Source: Ascoidea asiatica JCM 7603 (lineage: Eukaryota; Fungi; Ascomycota). Taken from it: a DNA stretch of 64,000 nt. The translations under genes were made by a program, and so were the position numbers. Below the pieces are notes generated by a model, which had not been told where the DNA came from, did no database searches, and saw nothing but the letters and a program-made list of their open reading frames with translations. This document shows positions 35,198 to 44,700 of the stretch, in pieces. Every line of letters starts with the position of its first letter. Position 1 is the first letter of the stretch. The DNA is taken from NCBI GenBank assembly GCA_001600695.1, contig BCKQ01000007.1:455184-519183 (forward strand), read 5' to 3'.

Positions 35198-36094
35198 TCA
35201 ACTTTTAGTGATAAATAAGGATTTCATTTGATTGATTATTATTTGAAGTTATTTCAAATTTATACAGTTTTGCCCTGTCATTGTCGTATGATAGACTGGA
35301 AATGGGAAACCTCCTTACCTGCAATCCCTTTCAAAATCTGTACGTGGTTCATTGAAATACTCCAAAATTACTTCATAAATTTGACTTCTTGTATCCTCTT
35401 TTTTATTTTCTTTTCAAAGAATGAAAATTAAAAAAATTGATCAACAATGGATAAAATTGAGAAGACTTTCAATGTAAGATAGCTGGAAATAGAAAACAAC
35501 ACTTGTATCAAAGATTAATAATAACCTTTTTTTGAAAATTTTCTTTACCAGTTTTGTAAAATCTTGTAAGCTTTTCTGTTAGATGTTTTATTGCAAAGAG
35601 TAACTTGGAAGAGAAAATGAATATTCCTTTGGTTGAAAGTCAAAAAGATGTATTCGATACGTTTGAAAATAATAACGTTGATAAAGAAGTCAGTGAGGAT
35701 TGTTACAATGAAATGGAAGAAATAACAAATTATATGTTTGTTTCTTCCGTGGAAAAATTTGTACAGAATAGTATTCATACTGTAATTTAAATTTTTTTTT
35801 TTACTTTGGTTATATTGACCAAGTTCATCTCCCTAATATCTTTTTTTTATTTAGATGACTTTTCTTGATGGAAATCTTCATTACATAATTTAAGCTCGTA
35901 TTTTCTTGAATTAAAACCTTGTTTGCAAAACAATATTAATAATTTTTAGCATAAAGTTTGTTTATTGTGATTTGATATCATACTTTTATACTGAATATGC
36001 AATTTTTAAGCGATAACTAGCCTTTGTTTCATAATTTATTTTCAATTTAAATAAAAATTGATGATTAAGTTTAGATATCCATTGACACGAGGTT

Positions 36095-36449
36095 AGCTTA
36101 GGTATTGGAATTGCAAGTGAGGTAATGATTAAATTAATTCCAAGAAATTCTACAATTACAGGTAAATGAAATACCCGAAACTTTTTCAACCTCAACTTAT
36201 GCTGATAATCAACATGACGTTTTAATTGAAGTATTTAAAGGTCAAATTTCTAGAATAAAGGATTATTATATATTAGGTAAATTTGAATTATCTAGTATTC
36301 ATCCGACTTCAAGAGGTGTTCCTCGAATTGAAGTTACTTTTGATATTTATGATAATGATATATTAAATGTTTTTGCTTTAAAAAGCAGTACTGGTAAAAC
36401 TCGAGAAATTATTATTACTATGGTTCCCCCATTTGTTGAAGAAGGATAA
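36095..36449 (+). pseudogene. Cytosolic Hsp70 (Ssa-type) substrate-binding-domain fragment
   Basis: SLGIGIASEVMIKLIPRNSTI / ETFSTSTYADNQHDVLIEVFKG...LGKFELSSIHPTSRGVPRIEVTFDI...STGK, then PPFVEEG* (EEVD-tail relic); stop and frameshift near 36167. Confidence 0.88.
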
Positions 36450-36774
36450 TAATAATATAATTTGAGGTTTTAATTTTATTTTTGTTTTTTCATACATATT
36501 CTGTAAAGTAATAACGTTTTTCAATATTGTATTTTTTTGTTTGAAAAAAGTTAAAGAAAGGTTTATGCAAAGTAAAGTTTAAACAAATTCATAAGCAATT
36601 TATATTATATTATGAATCAATATATTTTTAATATTCAATTTTATAATCAAAAAACAATCAATTAAATATTTAATTCAATTCTTTTATTACATATGATATA
36701 AATATATACAATATATACAATAGTTTACATTCTACTTATATAAATATAAGTAAAATATAAAATGTACTGTAGAT

Positions 36775-38016
36775 TTAAGTTCTTCTATTATCTGGATCTT
36801 GTTCAACTTCAGTAAAATCTAATAAAACTGTTGGTTTAAAAGGCCAATAACCAAAATATTCAACAACTTTATTCATTTGTAGTGGAGTTAAATCCTTGAT
36901 TCTTATATCTAATAATGGTTTAATTTCATCTTCATTTTCAAACCATTCTAAAGCTCCAGGCCCTAATAAATTTAAATTTTCTTTTAATTTTCCAATAACT
37001 AATATACATAATTTTTTTGTAACAAATTCCCAATGATCTAAATCTATATTATGTGGTTTGGGGTTAATTTCAATTAAACATATATTTTTATTTCTTAATT
37101 GAGGTTTAACATAATCTTTATAATCTTCTGAGATTATATATGGATCAAATCTATATTTAAGATTTTCATCGATTCTTAATTTTTTTTCAGCAGATTCAGA
37201 AAGTGTTGAATTAATTAAGATTGAACTAGATTTTTTTCTTGAAATTTTTCCACTACTTTTTGTTGTACTTTTAGATGCTAATTTCATTTCAAAATCTGTA
37301 GTTGCAATTAAATTCATATCACTAAAAGTTTCTGCAAGTATTCCAGTTCTTGCTCTACCAATTTCTCCAGAACGTGCTAAAAGTTTTGAAGCTGTAGAAA
37401 CAGTTACCCAAACTAACATTTTTACAGAACCATATTTTTGAAGCCAACTTTTATTTGCTATACAATTTAAATATTGAACAATTAATGCATTTCCAACATT
37501 TGAAGTTAAATTTGCAGTAATTAAAAACGAATTATGAATTTTATCAAATGGTTTTGAATCTGGAATGAAAAGTTTTTCTTTTTCAACTAAATCTGTATAT
37601 GATTTCCAATTATAAGGATCTGCATCATATAATTTAAAACTTGCAAGATTTTCTTTTTCTCTTGAATTTTGGATAATTTTAATTTGATCAATTTGTGTTC
37701 GACTTTTATTCATTAAATAAAATTCTTTTGGTTTTAAAAAATTATATAAAGAACATTGAAAAGCTGGAAATGTTGAAAATAAATCTAAGATCTTAAGAGT
37801 AGGATCATGATCCAATTCACCATTTGATTTAACATTAGGAACATTATAAAGATCTTTTAAATGAGATAACTTAGTCTTAAATATATCATCGATCAATTCT
37901 TGATGTACAATACCATTTGTTCCAGATCTTCCACTTTGTTTAAATTGAGCAAGATAATCATTGTATAACAAAGGTTTAAATGCACGACCTAATATATCAA
38001 GAGCTTTCTTTGACAT
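36775..38016 (-). CDS. MTF1: Mitochondrial transcription factor Mtf1 (mtTFB)
   Basis: KsgA-like fold with DPYNWKSY, FLITANLT, LIVQYLNCIANKSWLQKYGSVKMLVW, LLGPGA, YWPFKP. Confidence 0.88.
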   Translation of the reverse strand: MSKKALDILGRAFKPLLYNDYLAQFKQSGRSGTNGIVHQELIDDIFKTKLSHLKDLYNVPNVKSNGELDHDPTLKILDLFSTFPAFQCSLYNFLKPKEFYLMNKSRTQIDQIKIIQNSREKENLASFKLYDADPYNWKSYTDLVEKEKLFIPDSKPFDKIHNSFLITANLTSNVGNALIVQYLNCIANKSWLQKYGSVKMLVWVTVSTASKLLARSGEIGRARTGILAETFSDMNLIATTDFEMKLASKSTTKSSGKISRKKSSSILINSTLSESAEKKLRIDENLKYRFDPYIISEDYKDYVKPQLRNKNICLIEINPKPHNIDLDHWEFVTKKLCILVIGKLKENLNLLGPGALEWFENEDEIKPLLDIRIKDLTPLQMNKVVEYFGYWPFKPTVLLDFTEVEQDPDNRRT

Positions 38017-39335
38017 CTTTCATTGAAAGTCTTTATTTGATTTAATTCCTGGTTCGAGAATAATCAAATATTGAAAAAGTTCGAATAGAAATTGAATACA
38101 AAGTTAGCTTCAGTCAAATATCACTGTAGCTGGCTCGTATTAAAAAATTCGTTCAGCAAAAACTTTTTTTCCAGACCCACAAAACTGGCGTCAATAATTT
38201 ACAGATTTTTACTTCCGACCGCGGATGGCTGTCATGGCGTCTTCCGTGGTTGCATGAAGCTGATCCGCCGGGAATCCGCCGCCAGCCTCTCGTTTTTTAG
38301 ATTTGGTTTCTGGTTTTAAATTTGCCGAATTCGCTCGTTTCACACACCTTTTTTTTATTTGTTTGCGATTGAGCAACGATAAGCTTTGAAATGAATGAAT
38401 GAAGAGAAGAGAAGAAATATATTGCAAGCTGAATGAGAATCAGAATTATCAATCATTAATCATTAATCATTAATCATCATAAATCTTAAAAGTTTCGGTT
38501 GCAATTGTTGAACCGAGTGAAGAAGAAAAGCCACTACTATTTAATCATTTGCTCATTTCAATTTCTAGCTCTTTTCTGGTTTTAATAACTTATCCAGATT
38601 TGGAAGAACAGTTCTCGAGGTACCATATTAACAGCAAATACACTTTCTTTAGGTTATTGATTTTACATCAGTCTGCTCCTTAGAAGCTGCCTCTTTTTCT
38701 TTCTTTTGCCTTGACTAACAAGTCATTAATTTTCATTAAAGGAAATCATATTAATAAATTTTGTAAATTAAATCTTAATTTAGGTGCTTTGCTGGTTAAT
38801 ATTCTGATTTTTGAAACAAATAAAAGAAAAATTTTGAAATTTGAACTGTTTGAGTAAATTATTCAAAAATCAAGGCTTTCAGAATCATTAATTGGTTAAT
38901 TGGTTAATTGGTTAATTAAAAGCTGTTGAAATAATCATCATCTTACATATTTTGTTATTCTGGTTTAATTAACCATTCAAAAAGAAATCAATCTCACATA
39001 TTTTCAATTTTTTTGACAACATAAATTAAATAATTCTGTCAAATATCATTTACTATTATCCAAATTATTATTGAAACAAATTCATTATAAAATATTTATT
39101 TTCAGATTCAAATTCAAATTCAGATTCATCTCATATATATTATGAATTTTTTCCTATAACATATTTAATCAAGTTTGCGAAAATAAATAAATTGGTCTTA
39201 TCACTTATTTTAAAACCACAGTCTTTTTTTCTATATTTTTTTTTAAAAATATTCAATTTCAAATAACTTATATTCCATCTTTCTTTTTTTTTCCACCTTT
39301 TTTTCTTTTTCTTTTTCTTTCTCAATCATTATTCA

Positions 39336-41354
39336 ATGATTTCCTCTAATTCAATTGATTCAAAAAAAAAATCTCATAAAAGAAGTTTATCATTACCTTC
39401 TTTCATAACTTCGAATAATAAAAATAATAATAAAAATAATATAAATGATATAAGAAAACAGCAAATTTCAAATTATAATAATATTAATGGTTTAAATAAA
39501 AAAATTAAATTATCTAAGGATAACTTTATTAATATCAATCATCATAGACATTCATCTTCAATTCAAAATAGTATAAGATCTGCAATTAAAAAAGATTCAA
39601 TTAATTTTAAAAATCAATTTTATAAAATAAATAGAAAATCTTCTGTTTTTTGGAAAAATCTAAAAAAAAACGTTTATAATAAAAAAATTTCAATTAGTCA
39701 AAGTAACAGTATATCTAATGCCAATAATAAAACTAATATCAACAATGATATAAATCTAAAATTCAAGTTTCCTTGTGATAATAACAATTTTAATAATAAT
39801 GGAAACAAAAGTCATAATATCCAAACAACTTTAAATCAAGATAATCTCAATTATTTCAATTATCTCAATTATTTCAATCAAAATGTAGAATCTTTTAGTA
39901 ATATAAATTTAAATTCAAATATAGGTAATTTATCTGAAAAATTATCTCAGACAAGTTTAAACTCTTCATTTCAATTATATAATGCAAAAGATTCAAGCTT
40001 AAATACTCAAATTTCAAACTCTTTAAGTACTTTACCTTCAAGTCTGAATACTCAGAATTATAGTTTTGAAATAGAAGATAAATCAATGATCTCAACTCTC
40101 AAAAATAAAAATGCAAGTTCTTATGATATTATTAATCCCTTATATGATTCAAAGCTAGATCTTACTTCTAATAATAAATTAGAAAATAAGAATAAAAATA
40201 AATTTAAGCCCGTCAATATATTATTAGTGCCTGAATTATTGGTAGTAATTTTGTCCTATTTACCTTCCATCTTGAAATCTTCGAATAATATTCTTGAATG
40301 TCTTCTTGTTAATAGTTTATGGTATAAAATTTCAAAAAAACTATTATTCAAAGAATTAATCCTAAAATCTGATTATAGCTTTTATAAATTTTATAAATTA
40401 CTAAATTTAAATACTGATACAAATGTTGATTTGAATACTGACTCAAAAACTATTCAATATTATAAAAATATGGTGAAAGATACCAAAAGTTTATCATTCA
40501 AAAAATTGAATAAAACAAAACAAAAAGAAGTCAATTTTTTACTAAATACATTAAAATTTAACAATATAACTTCATTGGAATTTTTTATTTGTTCAAGTGT
40601 ATATGCTCCTTTAAATTTTTTTGACTTAAATAGATTTCTGAACTTAAGAACTTTAATTCTTTCTGGTTCTCAATCAAATCAATTAAATGATCAATTTTTT
40701 ATCAGCATATCAAAAAAATTACCTTTTTTAGAGAAATTGGACATAAGAGCTTGTAATTATTTTACAGATAAGTCACTAATTGAAATATCTATCAATTGTC
40801 CAAATTTAAATTATCTTAATATCGGTAGATTTAATAATTGCAATAAACTAACTGATATTGGAATATCTGCAATTATTAAAAACTTAAAATGCCTAAAGGT
40901 TTTAGGATGTTCGGGTGCTTATATTAATGATAAAACAATTTGGAAAATAATTAAATATCAAAATAATAACCTAGAAAAATTATCAATCAATAATTGTGTT
41001 AAATTGACAAATTCCTCAATTCCTGAAATATTAGCATTTGACTATAGCTATAATTATTTACCTAAGTTGACGGTGTTAGAAATCAAATGCATTTTGAATT
41101 TCACAAATTTGAAATCCTTGATTAGGTTTAAAAACTATAGAGCATTAATTGGCAAACCAATACTTATAGAATTCTGTGAAGTCCTTAGAAAAAGAATAAT
41201 AATGCAGGAAATTGAGCTAAACTTGAACACTTCCATTCAATTCCTTAATGACATTTCAGATTGGTGCAATGAAGTTGATGAAAACGATGTGAACAAAGAT
41301 ATGGATTATAGAAGATTGATAACAAAAAAAAATAATTTAACTCTCAACAATTAA
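39336..41354 (+). CDS. AMN1: Antagonist of mitotic exit network Amn1 (F-box/RNI-like LRR)
   Basis: VPELLVVIL...CLLVNSLW..LFK, Cys-containing LRRs (LDIRAC, CPNLNYLNIGR), C-terminal PILIEFCE...NDISDWCN. Confidence 0.82.
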   Translation: MISSNSIDSKKKSHKRSLSLPSFITSNNKNNNKNNINDIRKQQISNYNNINGLNKKIKLSKDNFININHHRHSSSIQNSIRSAIKKDSINFKNQFYKINRKSSVFWKNLKKNVYNKKISISQSNSISNANNKTNINNDINLKFKFPCDNNNFNNNGNKSHNIQTTLNQDNLNYFNYLNYFNQNVESFSNINLNSNIGNLSEKLSQTSLNSSFQLYNAKDSSLNTQISNSLSTLPSSLNTQNYSFEIEDKSMISTLKNKNASSYDIINPLYDSKLDLTSNNKLENKNKNKFKPVNILLVPELLVVILSYLPSILKSSNNILECLLVNSLWYKISKKLLFKELILKSDYSFYKFYKLLNLNTDTNVDLNTDSKTIQYYKNMVKDTKSLSFKKLNKTKQKEVNFLLNTLKFNNITSLEFFICSSVYAPLNFFDLNRFLNLRTLILSGSQSNQLNDQFFISISKKLPFLEKLDIRACNYFTDKSLIEISINCPNLNYLNIGRFNNCNKLTDIGISAIIKNLKCLKVLGCSGAYINDKTIWKIIKYQNNNLEKLSINNCVKLTNSSIPEILAFDYSYNYLPKLTVLEIKCILNFTNLKSLIRFKNYRALIGKPILIEFCEVLRKRIIMQEIELNLNTSIQFLNDISDWCNEVDENDVNKDMDYRRLITKKNNLTLNN

Positions 41355-41797
41355 AATTCAACACCCAGCTATTAGTACCTGCTCTCCTGCATATTCCAAC
41401 TTTTCAACTTAATTATTAATATTTTTGCATATTTTTTTCATTTTTTTTTCATTACTTTTCAATTTACTCATTCTTGCTGAAAAATTGCTACTACATTCAT
41501 AATTGCATTTACATTTACTTATAAAATCTCCTTTTTTGCTATCTTTAATTCTAGATATTTTGTATTTTAAAATACTATTTTCCTTTTTTTTTTGCTCTTC
41601 AAATAAAGATTTATATATAAATACATATCCATATTTCGACCATACAATTATAAACCTTATATAATTCTATATATTGACCTGCAATACAACTAAAAGGTGT
41701 TCTATGAAAAAAAGTTTACCAATTTTTCTTACATTGTTTTCTAACAAAAGCAATATTATGAAAATATCAAAAATATTCATACAACTCAGAAGATCCC

Positions 41798-44700
41798 TCA
41801 AATTTCTAAAATAACTCTACTATGCCCACTCAGTTTTCTGTCTTTTTCAACTCTTGATCTTCTTCTATCCTTTCTCAATAATGTCTCTAAAGCCTTTGAG
41901 CTTGAAAAGAGTTCCACGATATACTTTCTAGTACTAGCTTTATATTTCGAAGTTTCCAATAAATACATTGCTCCCGAAAACGTATTCACCTGGTCAAACT
42001 TTTCCTTGTACTTGTTATTTAAAACTGCTAGCATTTTGAATCCTTGATTCATTTGCATTGGCACAGACAAATATGTTATAGCCTGTAAAATTTTTTTGAC
42101 TAGAGGGTCATTTGTTAGCATATTGCTCGAATTAGTATCATAGTAAACAGGAACTTTTTCATCCATTTCGCAGTCTCTATTATTATTCATATTTTCTTCT
42201 AAATCATTAGTATTATCATTATAATAATCATTATTACTGTCATTATCATTATTTTCATTATCATCATTATCATCATTATTATCATTATTTTCAGTATTTT
42301 TTGTAAAATCACTATTAAAAACAATATTGAAACCAGTGTCTGTATTTTCGTCGAAATGTTCCTTTTCATTTAAAGCACTATAATCTTTATGGGTATTTTC
42401 ATCATCAGAAAATTCAATTGCAAAATCGTGATTTGAACTTTCCAAGGGCGAACAAATGTTGTTATCGTCATAAAGTTTTTTGGATTTATCAAGAAGTTCT
42501 GGTTCTGATGAATGAATATTGGTACCAATCTCTGGAAGTATACCAGGCTGTAACGCAGAATCATTAATATTTATGACGTCTTCATCGCTTATAAAGTCAT
42601 CAACATCTGTTATAGCACCAGCAGATCCCTCTTCATCTGTTATATTTACTTGAGAAATTTTGTCAGATTCATTCAACTCATCCAAATCGCCATATTTATT
42701 TTCATCATCGGTTATTTCACTGTCAAGCTCATTTTCATAAGATTTAAAAGAGGAATTTCGATTAAATTGACTTTTCCTTTTTTCACTTTGCTTCTTTTTA
42801 TTTGCCTCTGATTCATGGTCAGATATATCATCAAAGTCTTCCATTTTCATACTTTGCAATACCTTTTGCTTTTTATTGTTATTCGAATATCTAGCCTCAA
42901 TAATATCAACATCGAAATATTCAGATAAATTTTTTGGTAGGCATATACCTATAGGCCTATTTAAAATATCAAAGGTCACTTCCCAATTGCATTCATCTAA
43001 ACATTCAAATCCCTCTACAGTTGAAGAAATTAGTCCTAAAACAAAATAGGCAACACCCTTTAAACTCCACACTTCTGAGCACCGACAAATATTGACAATT
43101 ATAGGTATTACCCCGGATTCATCAACTAATTCAATAGCGAGAGGTGATGAAGCAATATGCCCGATCGCCCATAAAGATCCTTTTAGTCTCAATATTTTGT
43201 TTGAATCTCTTTTCTCAGTTGCAAACCTTTCTATGGTATCAATAAATGATTGAAAATATGATGTTTTCAATAATAAATCTATTCCCTCGTTTGTTTTCAC
43301 CAATTCTCCAAAAAAATGATGGGGCAATTTTTTAGCTTGAAAAAATTCATTATAATCTTCAAACAATTGAGCATCATCTTCATCACCTTGTATATTTTTA
43401 TTGATATACCTATTTGGTCCAAAATTAGTATGTGTTATTTTTCTGGACTTATAAACTTTATTGATTCTAAACAACTGAAAAGGGGAATAAATTTCGTATA
43501 GAAGATTTTCAATATCAAGAGCATATAGCTCGTTTCTTTTATTAAGCCAATCATCCATTTCTCCTTCTATTAAATCGAACTCAGATAGATAACTGAATCC
43601 AATAGATGTAGATAAAAATCTTAATAGTAGGGGAGCTCCAATCATTCCTAATTGGTCTAACGAAGGCTTGTATTTTACAACTTCGTACATGTTTTCTGGG
43701 GTTTCACAATATGAGTCTAATATTTGGACTGCCTCATTACATACTTCTAAATCTTTATCAAACAATTGCGAAATTAATAAGTCAACTGCCCATTTTGAGC
43801 AAGATGGAATTCTTAATAAATCTCTTAAAAAATTTGTGCAAAAAAGTCGAACAGCTGTATCACATGAACATAAGGCTTTTGAAAAAATGATTCTCAAATG
43901 CCCTTGTTTTGAATAATCAAATTCAGGTAGAAAAGCTAAGATTAAATCTTCTCTGCCTCTTTGCTCTGTTATATGGTAAAGAATACTAAATATTTTCCAT
44001 TTTGATAATAATTCTATTCCTTTATGATCAGAAGATAAAACACCCAACATCCTAAAGTATCCCCCACTTAAACTTTTGGCTATATTTTTTTTCGAAAAAA
44101 TTGGATCATTTGCAGTTATATTACTATAAGGATCCACTTGGGCTAAACATTCTGCGATTTGAGGTAAAACTTTATTATCCTCCAAATACTTTAAACCTAC
44201 TGCTGTAGATAAAAACATCTTGAATAAAGCACATCCTGCATCGATATATTTTTCTGTATCTTTTCCTTTTTTGATCGAAGAGAATCTTTTTTTGAAGGGC
44301 CGTAAAAAGGACATTAATCTTTTTATAAATTTTGTTGTCTTTATAGCTTCTTCGAGCTTCTTAGGATTTGTCAATGCCCCGTTAGCTAAATCTATTATAA
44401 TATCAATCTTCCAAACCTCATAATTTTTGGTGCTTAACACATTAGAATCATATATAAGTTGTTTAAATTGCTGATCATCGATATTAGATGACATTTTCAT
44501 TATTAAATCTTTATTGAATTTATTCAAAGAATTCAATAATATCGGGGGAATATTATAGGTTGTTCTATCTTTTCCATATTTTTTTGAGTAAGAGTCTATC
44601 TGAAAAGCAGTAGAAAATGGTGCTAATTGGTAATCTAAAAAATTTCTAGAGGTTTTCATTGCTTGATAATCATTATTTATGATTAAATTTGGTAATTCTT

